A stretch of 64,000 nucleotides of DNA from Octopus vulgaris (taxonomy: Eukaryota). Below the pieces are notes generated by a model. The model saw only the letters and a program-made list of their open reading frames with translations, had not been told where the DNA came from and made no database searches. The first letter of the stretch is position 1, and every line of letters begins with the position of its first letter. The translations under genes were made by a program, and so were the position numbers. Of this stretch, positions 1-12,820 are shown piece after piece. The stretch is taken from positions 15,810,001-15,874,000 of the forward strand of contig OX597839.1 of assembly GCA_951406725.2 (NCBI GenBank), in the 5' to 3' direction.

Positions 1-854
1 ATAGATTATAACCCTCACAGGTCTTTTGGTTTCCCTTGTAGGAAGGGCCCTCCATTTACTGTCAATACACCCATCATGGGGCTCCAACTATAACACGATC
101 TTCATCTTTGTTCATACACACACACACACTCCATACTAATGAGACTTGTATCTCCCATGCATCCAGAATCTCATTTCTCTCCAGCCTCCCTACACCTTCA
201 TTCAATGCCCCTATCTACTATGTAATAATTTTAGTTCTTACACATACTTATCATACAGTCGGCTGTTTGTCTGACTAGCAAGAGAGTTCTTTCATCACTT
301 TCAATGTTTGTCTGCTGCACCTCGCAGCCTGTCTGCTGCACATCTTATTGTGGGAAATGACTAACAACACAGCTCATGAAATTTAATAAAAATGTAATCA
401 GGTGCAAAAAAGATCTGAGATAAGTACAGAATGTGTGTGTATGTGTGTACATATCTATAATTATCTTGGAGAGATACACATAACATTCTGTACCTGTCTC
501 AGGTTATTTTTCATCTCAGTTGGAAAAGCTCTAGTTAGATTTGACAACTAGTTCTAACATCAATATCTTAGAACTTTGAAAGACACTGAATTACAGTCGG
601 TCCACTACACATCTTCATCTGTCCACTACACTTCTGTCTTCTTAATTTGGCAATTTTTAACTCAAAATATTTCGTCTTGTCAGAAAAACGTACTAACACA
701 TTCCACTCCAATTTTTTAACCAATTTGAATTTCAGAGTTGTCTCTCTTACCTTTCCTGACAAGAATTATGATTATTAACACTAATGACATTTTTCTCTTT
801 ATTACAGACGTGATTTTAATTCAATAAAAACTGTCCTTTTGTTCACTATATTAA

Positions 855-1073
855 CCCTTTCGTTACTGTATTTATTTTGAGATGCTCTGTATTTCTTTCA
901 ATTACTTTAAATATAACAAAGAATTTAGTAAAATAACTTAGTTATCATTCAGCTAGTGTTAGGAACATAAATTGTGATGAAGGTTTGGTGGAAGATTTTA
1001 GTTCAAAACTTTCGAAAACAAGACATTTGTACTCAGAGCCAGAGCGGTTTCAGCCAGGTTGGTAACGAAAGGG
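855..1073. mobile_element. piggyBac-type MITE (TTAA target site)
   Basis: TTAA|CCCTTTCGTTAC ... GTAACGAAAGGG|TTAA: 12-bp terminal inverted repeats (TIRs) and TTAA duplication (851-854, 1074-1077). A near-identical copy lies at 28188-28409. Confidence 0.9.
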
Positions 1074-2109
1074 TTAATTGATTTTCACTGCCTCTCAGCT
1101 TCACTACACTGCAGTGGCTATTTATTATACTTCTACTACAACCACATCCAACACTACTCAAGGCACCCAATTATAGCTAGAAAGATAAGTCACATGGGAA
1201 ATGCATGAACTTCTTTTTTTTAATATTTCGGAGCTGCCCTCTGTTTTTGACAAATAAAAGGGAAAAAAACTTGAAATTCCTCTTCATAGAAGATAACAGA
1301 GTTGTTATTTCGGTGAGGGGGCAGTACAAAGAAATACAACAAGGAGAGAATGAGAGAAAAAGGAGAGAATGAGACAAAGAAAGAAAGAGTGAGAGTGACA
1401 GAGGAGGCAAGAGAGAACCTTTGCTAAAGATTAGCAACACAAAAAGGCTATTATGAACTGTTACAAAGATAAGGATTTATCGGAATGACAGAGGGCAAGA
1501 TATTTGTAAGAGTAGAGGAGGTGTGGTTGATAAAACTCAGGATAGAAATTATCCTAATATATGACTGGTATATATTTTATCAACTGTCTCCGGGATGGCC
1601 CATTAACTTGACCTGCCCCTCTCTTCTCATGGTGACAGGATTTTAGCACTAGAAAAGGGGCATCCTTCAGAGAGAAAGAGAGAGAGAGGAGGCAAAGGTC
1701 ATAAATGGTAAGAAAAAGAAGTTGAAGGTCAAATGATGTAACAGCTGGAGTCTGTAGTAAGTGGAGAGAGAGGGGGGGAGTAGTGATGTAACATCTCCTG
1801 ATGTACTCCATTATAGTCAAATATAGAGCTTCACATATGGATTAAACTTAAAAGGTACTGGACAAATATTTCTCATTGTTTAAAAATACAGAAACCAAAT
1901 CAGAGTCAATGGGAGAGTCTAGCAGATTCTGACTCGGAGGCAGAATAATCGAGATTGCTTTCAGATGTCTACCTTTACAATTTCGCTCTCAAATAACAAC
2001 CATCACAGAATTCAAAACATTACATCACAGCTTGTTTTGTTTTGTATTTACTGAATTGATCTGAAGAAAGAGTCTGTACAATGGATGGTCCCCTGAGACC
2101 AGCAGCATC

Positions 2110-2350
2110 TGGTGGCATCAATATGGTAAAAGATTCCTCTTGAACATTTGCACATCAACACCTGTAGGAAAAAACATGTGTAGAGGGAGTTGGGGGAAGG
2201 GAATTTTAGGGAGATGGTATTCTGAGGAGGAAAAACTGAGCATAATGGTTAGTGTGGGACCTGGACACATGATGGATAAAGGGACAAGTAAATCAAAAGA
2301 AGATGGTATAAGGAGAGCCAGCTTAGAGAGTATAGCAATAGACAAGGGAG
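2110..2350 (-). mobile_element. Possible CR1-like LINE 3' end remnant
   Basis: Minus-strand translation fragments (HYAQFFLLR...FPTGVDVQMFKRN) resemble the CR1 ORF2 C-terminus, but the sequence is highly degenerate. Confidence 0.3.
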
Positions 2351-3642
2351 GAAATGAAGTATTATGCATCCATCCATCCATCCATCCATGCAGGCATTTA
2401 GTTTTCTCTATTTTTTATACTCCATGAAAATGTAAATTTATCAAAAATTATATATAAATATCTACATGCTTGTATATATATATATATATGTGATTACCTT
2501 CTGAATATATTTAGTTTTTGCCTCTCTAAATATATCCCCCCGCCTCTCTCTCTCTCTCTCTCTCTCTCATATCATGCTTAATCGTGTTTATCTGCATCAC
2601 AATCTCCATATCACCTAGATTTCTCTTACATCCACTTTTTACCCCCATGGACCTTAATCCTCAATAAAGACTTCAGAGTTTAAATTCAATTCACTTGAGT
2701 TCTACCACATGTTTTCTACACTGAACATCTCCCACATACATACATACATACATTACCAATCCAATGACCACATGGTAATGTTGCTGACCTAATCAACTCA
2801 ACTATCCACACTGTTGTTGATTGACCCTCAGAATACAATGTAAATGCCACATATAAACTGGAGGCCAACAATCAGGTTGAAATTGTATTACAATAAACAA
2901 ATGGCAAATGAGAGATAAACGAACCCCTTAGATGACTATGCTGCAGTCCACTCTGTTGACTAGCAGACAGAATACAATGCTAACACCTTGCATAACTCCA
3001 AGGCATATTTGAAGGTCAGCATTCAGGTCTAAGTTCTATTACAGTCAGCAGATGAGAGACGAGAGAGAAATCGTTCTGGTTACTCATTCCTAACAGCACA
3101 GTGAACTGAACTAATGTAAAATTAAATATATATGAATATATATGACCCCCGACTAACTACAAAGAGAAACAGCCGCTGAACAGTAATCCAATCCCATTTA
3201 TACCCATTTGGTGATGTCACTGCAATTAATAAATCTTAGAATAATTGAAAGAAAGAAATAATTTTGAAATTACTATCCGTTGATCAACAGAGAAGAAACA
3301 TTGGGAAATTAACTTTGGTCAATTTAATTAGAAAATTGTCAGAGGAATGTATGTTAATTGAAGACTAGGTAATTGATTATGTTCACAAACGGTTCTTGCT
3401 TAACATACGCATCAATTTTATTGCTAACACACAGCAGGTTGTTGCTAGTGTGCAGCAGCAAGTTGTTGCTTACATGCACAAATATACACACGTTGCTACC
3501 ATCACACACATACATACACACACAGAGGCACACACATACATAGACACAGAAGCACACACAAAACAACCAAAGATGGGTTAAAGAAAGGTTACACGAATGT
3601 AAAAATAAAAACACCACCAGGTGTCAGCAGCAGTCCAGACTA

Positions 3643-3776
3643 ACTTACCCAACCACATGGTTCCGGGTTCAGTCCCACTGTGTGGCACCTTTGGCGAGTG
3701 TCTTCTACTATAGCCTCAGTTCAACCAAAGCCTTGTGAGTGGATTTGGTAGATGGAAACTGAAAGAAGCCCATTGT

Positions 3777-3808
<32 letters not shown>

Positions 3809-4012
3809 CCCCCATCCACTTGGGAACTAATGTTGGAGTATTTATGACCCCGTAACTTAGCAGTTCAACAAAAGGCTTATAGAATTAGTATCAAGTTTAA
3901 AAGGTTAAAAAAAAAAAGCAAGGGAGTACTGAGGTCGATTCATCGGACTAAAAATTCTTCAAAGCAGTGCCCCAGTATGGCCACAGTCAAATAACTGAAA
4001 CAAAGGATAAAA
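3643..4012 (+). mobile_element. tRNA-derived CORE-type SINE (family A), 5'-truncated
   Basis: B-box-like GGTTCAGTCCC, CORE-like GTGGCACCTTTGGCGAGTGTCTT, internal (TG)n and a 3' end shared with the other copies in the window. Confidence 0.8.
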
Positions 4013-4529
4013 ACACAAAAAGCCACTTATTTTGAAAGATGGAAAAGTCATTTACATCAAAGTACTTGGCTGGTGCTTCATTTTATCACCTTCAGAAGGA
4101 CAAAAGGCAAAGTCAACCTCGGCACAATTTGAATTAAGGACACAAAGAGAAGACATTAGATGCTGCAGGCCATTTTGTCTGATGCTCTACCGATTCTACC
4201 AATTTAACAGCAGATGATGCCTACTTACAGCATGGTCAGTCTGATCAAGCTAATAATAATCAGATCAGTCCCCAGGTTGATGACTGAATATCTTTATGTA
4301 ATATAGGTTAGATGGATGCCATAGGCTCAGGAACAGGGAGGGACAGTGAGTGCAAGCATACCCCCTAAAAGTTTTGGATGGTAATGAAAATGCTTTGAAC
4401 ATCCTCCTGAAATCCTTCATCGCCAAAATGAATGAGCACAGAAGCATTGTTTGGACTGATTAGAAACATTACTTTTCCATTAATGGATTTATCGGATTTG
4501 ATTGATGTACAAATATAATTATTATTCTT

Positions 4530-4632
4530 AAGGCAGCAAGCTGGCAGAATCATTAGAACGCCGGACAAAATGCTTAGCGCTATTTTGTCTGCCGTTACAT
4601 TCTGAGTTCAAATTCCACCGAGGTCGACTTTG
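4530..4632 (+). mobile_element. tRNA-derived SINE family B, 3'-truncated
   Basis: GGCAGCAAGCTGGCAGAATCATTAG...GAGTTCAAATTCC head shared with the full copies at 10326 and 30491. Confidence 0.75.
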
Positions 4633-4639
4633 TTCCTAT

Positions 4640-5480
4640 TATGTTTTCAAAATTTGTAATTCTGACAAAAAATGGATACGAATTTCATTATATCAAGCAG
4701 CGAGTCAGAATTCGAAGGATTTTCTACTGAAGACCTTCATAAATCTAACTCTATGACTGAAAAAAAAAAGCACGTGGTATTTGATAATGAATCTGATGTT
4801 TCATTTTCCAAAAGTGAAAACAGTGAATCCGAGAGCTCCGACAGCGATAAAGAAAATGAATTGGCACCTGAATGGAGTGAAAATTTTAAAACTGTTTCTT
4901 TCAGTGATTTTTCTGAAGAAACTGGACCAAGCCACAGACTTTCCCAGGAGAGTAAAGCCTTAGACTATTTCTTTTTACTTTTTCAAATGAGCCTATTTGA
5001 AATCATTACGGCGGAAACGAACCGTTACGCTGAATGTAAACAAAGCGAAAGAAAGGATAGTTAGTGGTTTCCCACAACCTTAAATGAAATTAAGACTATT
5101 TTGCCATAAATATTATTATGGGTATCAGAAAGTTACCCAGAATAACAAATTCTATCGTAAAATTTTGTTGTATACCCAATTGAATATTAGCTAATAACCC
5201 ATTTTCTAAAGCGATGTTTGAACAAAATTTTAATAATTTTATATTTTATTGAATTTACCTGTATCTACCTGCAATTAGAGTCACTTTGTGACAAAAATTA
5301 TAGTATAGAATTGGTTGAGAACATTTCATTAAATTATCTTTCCAAAAATCACATTAATATATTGATAAATAAAAAAGTTATAGTTGTTTAATGAAACCAG
5401 ACTAAATTTATGATTATGTTTTAAAATTAATTGAAACACATAAGGGGTGTATTTTGGTCAGAAATATAGTAACGAAAGGG
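4640..5480 (+). mobile_element. Internally deleted piggyBac transposon (transposase N-terminal pseudogene plus right end)
   Basis: ORF 4672-5064 has an acidic Ser-rich N-terminus and F..ETGP...LDYFFLLF..LFEIITAETNRYA, continuing past a stop and a frameshift as WFPTTLNEIK...INIIMGIRKLPRI (PGBD-like). The right TIR GTAACGAAAGGG|TTAA is at 5469-5484. Confidence 0.85.
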
Positions 5481-5485
5481 TTAAA

Positions 5486-5710
5486 ACAGCGAGCTGGCAG
5501 AATCGTTAGCATGCCAGGTGAAATGCTTAATGGTATTTCATCTGTCTTTACATTTTCTGTTCAAATTCCGCCAAGGTCAACTGCTTTTCATTCTTTTTGG
5601 AGTAGATAAAATAAGTACCAGTTGAATACTGCAGTCAATGTAATCAATTTATTCCCTCCCTCGAAATTGCTGGCCTTGTGCCAAAAGTCGAAGCCATTAT
5701 TATTATTATA
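5486..5710 (+). mobile_element. SINE family B with (TTA)n tail
   Basis: tRNA-like head, conserved central segment, and tail GAAATTGCTGGCCTTGTGCCAAAA followed by (TTA)n. Confidence 0.75.
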
Positions 5711-5726
5711 CCTTTTTATGTTTTGG

Positions 5727-5985
5727 TGGACTGGCTCTTGTGCAGGTGGGACATAAAAACACCATTTGAGCATGGCCATTGCCAGTACCGCCTGACTGGC
5801 CCTCATGCCAGTGGCACATAAAAGCACCCACTACACTCTCAGAGTGGTTGGTATTTGGAAGGGCATCCAGCTGTAGAAACTCTGCCAGATTAGATTGGAG
5901 TCTGGTGCAGCCATCTGGTTCGCCAGACCTCAGTCAAATCGTCCAACCCATGCTAGCATAGAAAGCAGATGTTAAATGATGATAT
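5727..5985 (+). mobile_element. RTE LINE 3' UTR fragment
   Basis: Matches 63000-63230 (AAAGCACCCACTACACTC...GGAAGGGCATCCAGCTGTAGAAAC...CCATGCTAGCAT) and ends in ATGATGAT. Confidence 0.8.
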
Positions 5986-6129
5986 GCTTTGGTATTAAGA
6001 CTGAAAAAAAACTCAAGTGTTTGTAAAGAATATCTGAACCCAAATTTGCATCCCCTAAGTATATTTCGTTCCTATACTCCTGAAAAGTGTCAGTCAGATT
6101 CACTCCCTCAGATAACTGACTTGCATAGC

Positions 6130-6560
6130 CTTTATGGGATCATAGCAGCCACATCTCTCATAAAACACCACCTTATTTATTGTCTTTAAAAAGGACACAT
6201 TGGGTAATATGGCTCAGAGTACACTGTATTTTTTAAACAAAGGCTGGATGGTCACAGCATGATTGTCTTTAATCTGACTCCAACTCCATTAGTGATGACC
6301 AGGTACTAAACAACAAGAACTTACTATGTAATCAAACTAATAAGGGAACCTTATGTAGTCGTTTGACCTGCTAGAAATAGCAGCAAAATATCTCTCAACA
6401 CTTTAATACCTTTACAAATTGGAAAGGTTCACAGGATAAAGTAGACCTAGGTACACTGTGCCTAAAAATGCCAAATAAAAAAATAATATGGTTACAGCTT
6501 GCAGCCTCTGATCATAAATCTGCCACATGAAAAATGAAAAGCTTACCTGTGGTTAAATAA
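6130..6560 (+). repeat. Two adjacent copies of an old interspersed repeat (CTAGAAATAGCAGCC family)
   Basis: Motifs TGCTAGAAATAGCAGC..AAAT and GGATGGTCACAGC recur at 6905-7080(-), 25440-25700, 40580-40780, 41450-41850, 47000-47270, 48020-48240(-) and 49120-49290. Confidence 0.6.
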
Positions 6561-7583
6561 TAGCTTATATAGTAATTTATTGGCTCTGTCAAATATCCCT
6601 TTAATAAACTCCTTACTGCTGCTAAATGGAGAATGGACTACACATTCTAAGTCCTACCATTAATACATGAATGTTCTAGGTGTTTAACTCAGTAACTGCT
6701 AAATTAATTCTCATGGTTATTCCAGTAATGAAATTAAATGACTACCAAGAGTCACATTACTTCAATAAACATGACATATTTCAATAAAAAATAGTTTCAA
6801 ACATGACATTCCTCAACAGAAGATAGATTGGTATAGAAATCTGCTTTTCACAGTCAAAGGGTAATGAAATTTTGAATGGATATATCAGATTTCCACAGTA
6901 AAAGGGTTAATCCCAAGTCAGCCCTTATCTAGGAGACCCTATAATCAAAGGTATTCCAGTTAAAACTATCCTGAATATTTTCCATCTAGTATACCTAGGG
7001 CAACACTATCCAATACTGTAATTTAAGGGAAGTTTGGCTGCTATTTTTAGTAGTTCGAGCAACCACGTAAAGACTTCCTCACAAGCTTATGACATGACAG
7101 CTAATACCAGAACATGCTAATCAAATTATTTCAGCTAATTAAGTAGCTCTTTTAGCTATAGTTTTCTGTCCCAGTAAACCTGACCAGTGGCTTTGCACAA
7201 CAGCAATGAAAACAATAGACAGAAAGGATAGAGGGGCAGGTTTCAATTCCCAAAGGTTGATAGGGAGTACAATAACATGAAAGAGAACAACAGCATGAAA
7301 CAAAATGAATGATGATAAAGTAGTCCAGGTTGGGCAATTTGCCCAAAATTATTATTATTATTATTATTTGCTTTTTTTTCCTTTCTAATCATTAAGCATG
7401 TTTTCAAGCAAGTTTCTCTCACCGTTGGCAACCTTCCAGTAATAATTAGTCCCAAACCCTTTTTTTGTTCAACTAAGAAGAAGTGCTATTTTTCTCTTTT
7501 TATTCAGGTAAATTGTAAGCAGCCTTATAATATATTCAGTATTTATATCTCTCATTTGACAGCAGTCCCTCAGACTCACTCAC

Positions 7584-8364
7584 CGTGTCAACAAAAACAG
7601 AGCAGAAATAATAGGAGACAGGGTGAGGTGGGGGGAATAGTGGAAAATGGGTGGGAGGTGAGAGAACAAACTTTCCTCCTCCTCCTCCTTCACTGCAGCT
7701 ACTCAATCCCACCCCTCATCTATTTATTGCAAATCATTTTACATCATAAACACAAAACAGTAAAATGTAAATGTATGTACAGACAAGTTTAAATAGGGTC
7801 CCTTTTTTTTTTGTTCCCTTTTTTTTTTTTTTTCTAAGCTTAGGTAGAAAGAAAACCCAACTTTATATACATATTTATCGTGCTTTACAAATAATATTAA
7901 GATGTAGAACAAGTGGGTTCTGAATTCCTGAAGGGTAGGGAGTATTCAGGAGAAAGACTGCTGCTACATCAACAGGTTAAAAGAACGACAGACACAGAGG
8001 AAACTTTTTCAATCTACTTGTTACAGACAAGTTGTGGGGGTAGTGGTGATGAGGTTTATGATGGCAGTGCTGCTGCTGCTGGTAGTGGTGGTGGTGCCAA
8101 TCAGGTCTTATTAAGCTGACAGAAGTATGTATGGCTTCACTCAACACCAACATTTGTTTCAAGAGAGATGATAGGTGGTACAGCTTACCAAATGTCACAA
8201 CTTCAATCTAAAGTCAGAGCTTACACTCACAAAACAACATTCCATCACAAAAGACTGGGTTCAGGAGGTGTGGGGATTGTTTTGCTTTGTTTCTGGGTTT
8301 GTTTGGTTTTAGTTTGGTTGCTTTAATTTTTTTTTTTTTTTTACTCATAATTTTAAAGGTTATT
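7584..8364 (-). other. Candidate non-coding (5'UTR-like) exon of a minus-strand gene
   Basis: Minus-strand acceptor CCCTTTCTTCTCAG| (8365-8378) and donor ACG|GTGAGT (7583). The interval is free of interspersed repeats, UTR-like, and has no credible long ORF. Confidence 0.45.
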
Positions 8365-8559
8365 CTGAGAAGAAAGGGCAGTTCCCACAACCCTCAGAAC
8401 TGATAGGAAGAAAAAGAGAAAATTATTCTCAGACCCAGAGAAAAATCAAAGAATGTTTCTAACAGAATGGACTCCAAGGTACCCAAGGATCATGTGATAG
8501 TGTTAAACTACAGCAGGGCCATAAAGTCATGCACCATCCTGCAATATGTGAAATTGCTA

Positions 8560-9120
8560 ACATTCTCTCTTTTTTTTTTTATCTCTTTTCACAACTGCTG
8601 ATATTACTCACAAACCAATCTTCATTGGATGGAAGCAGATAATCAACAAGGCAGGGGCAATGTAATGGTGTGGTGTGGGATTTGGCACAATCAAGTAATT
8701 GGACCCTTTTATTTTGAGGGCTCTGTGACAGGTGATTGGTATCTGGACATGCTTGGCAACAAGATGATGGAAGGGGAAATCCTGTCTAGTTTCAGCAGGA
8801 TGGGGCTCCACCCCATTATGCATTTCAGGTTCATGATTTCCTGAATATTTTCCAGTGAGATGGCTTGAGCATCACAGGCCAATTGAATGGGCACCAGGTC
8901 ACCAGATTTAACTCCCATGGCCTTTTTCTTTTGGGGCTACATTAAATCCCTTGTGTATTCTGAAAAGACTGGTGACCAAGAACATCATCAAAGAATTGCT
9001 GAAGCATGTGAACAAGACAATGGCAATGAAGAGCTATTTGAGAGGGTTCATCGCAATTTCAAATTCCCTATAAACACTTGTTTAGATCTCCATGGCCAAC
9101 ACTTTGAACATTAGTAAAGG
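8560..9120 (+). pseudogene. Tc1/mariner-superfamily transposase remnant (rosa/DD41D-like)
   Basis: Frameshifted motifs VMVWCGIWHNQVIGPFYFEGSVTGDWYLDML, FQQDGAPPHY, IEWAP/RSPDLTPMAFFFWGYIKSLVY and CLDLHGQHFEH. Confidence 0.85.
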
Positions 9121-9543
9121 ATTACCTATTTCATTGCTAATGAAACATACTTGATATCTCCCGTGGTGCATGAAACTACATAGGTGCAAAGTGAACTTCT
9201 TAACCACAAAACCATGTCTGTAGCCATGTTTAGCCCAAGTTAGCCTGGTTAGGAAGCGAACTTAACAAAAAATGTTCCAATCATGACCATCCCATTTTTT
9301 CTTAACCCAAACTTTGTTGTCTAATGAGTTCTTTCATTTAAGATGACAATGTAATTTGATGGAGATTTAATTACAATTTTTTACACATCAAGTGACTTAA
9401 GTATCAACTTCCTTCATTTTTTTTTATTCATTTATGTTTAATTTTCACAAGCTTTTAAGGGTTAGATCAGTATTTCTCAACCTATGGATCCCTTTGATTC
9501 ATATTTTACTTGACCCTCCTAGCCATTCAGCGTTCAAAAGAAT

Positions 9544-9577
<34 letters not shown>

Positions 9578-9580
<3 letters not shown>

Positions 9581-9779
9581 TCTTACTTGATTTAGTCATT
9601 TGACTGTGGTCATGCTGGAGCACCGCCTTTAGTCGAACAAATTGACCCCAGGACTTATTCTTTGTAAGCCTAGTACTTATTTTATCCGTCTCTTTTGCCG
9701 AACCGCTAAGTTATGGGGACGTAAACACACCAGCATCGATTGTCAAGCGATGTTGGGGGGGACAAACACAGACACACAA

Positions 9780-9810
<31 letters not shown>

Positions 9811-9966
9811 TATATACGACGGGCTTCTTTCAATTTCCGTCTACCAAATCCACTCATAAGGCTTTGGTCGGTCCGAGGCTCTAGTAGAAGACACTTGCCC
9901 AAGATGCCACGCAGTGGGACTGAACCCAGAACCATGTAGTTGGTAAGCAAGCTACATACCACACAG
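9578..9966 (-). mobile_element. CORE-type SINE family A
   Basis: Near full-length reverse complement of the copy at 29838-30228. Confidence 0.85.
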
Positions 9967-10325
9967 GCTTTATTTTTCTTTTCAAGCCAGAGTCATTAAT
10001 TGACAATGTTTTATGCAGCAGTAATAAACAAAGCATCAATCAACACAGACAAAATTTTATGCTGCACTGCACACAACCACACCAATGAATATTTAAACAA
10101 CCATCTCGTCTAAAGTGGGTGACTTCAGTGGAGATTGCTCAGTGGCAAATATTTGGACAACACTTTCATTGCACACACACAACCTACACAAATGCACATG
10201 ATGTACATGTGCACACTCAGACACTAAAACTAAGTAGAGGCTACATTAAACCCACTTGACCGAGAGACCCCTTCAAAGTTAATGGATGCTATATACCTCT
10301 TCCTCTTAATAGAAATGAAAAAATA

Positions 10326-10558
10326 AGGCGGTGAGCTGGCAGAATCGTTAGCACACCGGACGAAATGCTTAGCGGTATTTCGTCTGCCGTTACGTTCAGA
10401 GTTCAAATTCCACCAAAGTTGACTTTGCCTTTCATCCTTTCAGGGTCGATTAAATTAAGTACCAGTTACATGCTAGAGTCGATATAATTGACTTAATCCG
10501 TTTGTCTGTCCTTGTTTGTCCCCTCTGTGTGTAGCCCCTTGTGGGCAGTAAAGAAATA
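10326..10558 (+). mobile_element. Full-length SINE family B with TSD
   Basis: tRNA-like head with A/B boxes, central GACTTTGCCTTTCATCCTTTCAGGGTCGATTAAATTAAGTACCAG, and TSD AGAAATGAAAAAA at 10311-10323 and 10559-10571. Confidence 0.9.
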
Positions 10559-10691
10559 AGAAATGAAAAAAAAAAGGATAAAAATATACAAGAGAAATTT
10601 TATGTGGCCTTCACCAATGATTTAGAGAAGGTAAACAGTAGAAACCAAGGAAACTCAAATATCATCATTTTATGTATTTTCTTGGTTAGAC

Positions 10692-10894
10692 CATTGTTTC
10701 TTAACTAGGGTCCAGATAAGATTGGGGCGGGGGAAGCAAAATAAAAAAATTGGAAGTCTACAAAACAAAATAGGAATTTTGAAAAAAGTATCTATAAAAC
10801 TAGTTTTTAAAACATCAAATGGCTATGGGGTCCACCAGAACAAAAGAGTAATCAAAAGGGTCCATAGGTAAAAAAAAATGGTTGAGAACCCCTG
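10692..10894. mobile_element. hAT (Charlie-like) MITE
   Basis: Right end GTTGAGAACCCCTG (reverse complement CAGGGGTTCTCAAC), degenerate left end CATTGTTTCTTAAC, and 8-bp TSD GGTTAGAC / GGTTAGGC. Confidence 0.7.
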
Positions 10895-11873
10895 GGTTAG
10901 GCTGATCATCCTGGTTGCACATCATATTCCAGACACACAACAAAACAGGAAACTGACCCACTGTGGTGTTACATGTCTTACAATGCATGAAACAATGAGG
11001 TTCCTTTCTCTGATGTTTTACATAGTTTAACAGGTTTCTCAGAACTGAAACAGGTTCTCTGAGTTCTATTGCAAACCCACACAACTAAATGGGGGAAAAA
11101 CAAAATGGGAATTTTGAAAGAATTATCAATAAAACTAGGCTAAGGGGTCCAAACAGAATCAGACAGTAATCGAAGGGGCCCATAGTAAAAAATATAATAA
11201 TTGAGACCCCTGGGTTAGGCTGATCATTCTGGTTCCACATCATCTTCCACACATACACATCAAAACAAGAAACTGACCTGCTGTGGTGTTCATATCTTAG
11301 AATGTACCCAGTGTTAATCGGGTACATTTTAACATGCCACTGGCAACAGAGATGCCATCTCCTAAAGAAAAGACTAAACAGCTTCTTTCTGTTGGTTCTT
11401 ATTTGAAATTGCTGCTGCCTTCCCACACTGGTAGCTGATGATGCAGATGGTGGAGTCAACACCTCACTCATATATATTCCACATAAATACAAAAGTTTAC
11501 AGACTGCAATAAATTATTTTGTCATGAGGAAGAGAAGTCTAGCAATATAAACAGAAACCTTTATTGCAGAGAGATGAGATGTTTACTCGGTACAAGTATT
11601 GAATAAACAGGCAGGAAGTCATTTTTAAGAGACTTACTGAGGTTTCAGCATGGAAGCCAACAAGGCCATCTTTTACGAGTTAGGGAATAAAGCACTTAAA
11701 ATTGTGGAAAAAAATACTGAAGTACCAGCATACCAGCAACAAGTACAAAATAAAGAATTGTGAGGACAAGAGTCAAGTGGTCACTGGATCTGCTAGAAAC
11801 AGTAGCAAAATCTTTAGTTCATACCCATCTTCAAGAGATGCATTCTATATAGAGATAATGTATTCTACATATA

Positions 11874-12042
11874 GGCGTAGAAGTGGCTGTGTAGTAAGTA
11901 GCTTGCTTACCATCCACATGGTTCTGGGTTCAGTCCCACTGTGTGGCACCTTGGGCAAGTGTCTTCTACTATAGCTTCAGGCCAACCAAAGCCTTGTGAG
12001 TGGATTTGGTAGATGGAAACTGAAAGATGCCCGTCATATATA

Positions 12043-12073
<31 letters not shown>

Positions 12074-12293
12074 GTATGTGGTATTGTTGCAATGTGTGTC
12101 TATGTTTGTCCCCTCAACATCACTTGACAACCGATGCTGGTGTGTTTACATCCCCATAACTTAGCAGTTCGGCAAAAGAAACCGATAGAATAAATACTAG
12201 GCTTACAAAGAATAAGTCCTGGGGTCGATCTGTTCGACTAAAAGGTGGTGCTCCAGCATGGCCGCAGTCAAATGACTGAAAAGAGTAAAAGAG
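11874..12293 (+). mobile_element. Full-length CORE-type SINE family A
   Basis: GGCGTAGAAGTGGCTGTGTAGTAAG head, B box, CORE motif GTGGCACCTTGGGCAAGTGTCTT, internal TA/TG microsatellite and (AAAAGAGT)n tail. Confidence 0.9.
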
Positions 12294-12335
<42 letters not shown>

Positions 12336-12404
12336 ATCTGATAGAAAGGGTATGGCTAGAATGCTTTGAGTAGATCTAAGGCTAATCAACTAATACTATT
12401 AATA

Positions 12405-12579
12405 GGTACAGCCATGATTGTGTGGTAAGAAGTTTGCTTCCCAACCACATGGTTCCAGGTTCAGTCCCCGCTGTGTGGCACTTGGGCTAGTGTCTTCTAT
12501 TATAGTCTGTGGCCAACCAAAGCCTTTTGTCAGTGAAGTTGGTAAATGGAAACTAAAAGAATCTCATTGTCTATATATA

Positions 12580-12629
<50 letters not shown>

Positions 12630-12820
12630 TGTGCATGTGTCTTGCCAGCGCTTGACAACTTGCACTGGTGTGTTTTTACATCCCTGTAACTTATTGGTTT
12701 GGTAGAATAAGTACCAGGTTTTTAAAAAAAGCACTGGAGTTAATTCATTCAACTAAAAGTTCTTCTAGGCAGTGCTCCAGCATGGCCACAGTCTAATGAC
12801 TGAAACGAGCAAAAGATAAA
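12405..12820 (+). mobile_element. CORE-type SINE family A (older copy)
   Basis: Same layout as 11874-12293 but more diverged. Confidence 0.8.

Noticed and set aside
248-762. Possible minus-strand exons (494-755, ~248-345) and ORF 568-762
   Set aside because: The splice signals are mixed or weak, stop codons interrupt the frames, and I recognise no protein similarity. It cannot be supported without RNA data.
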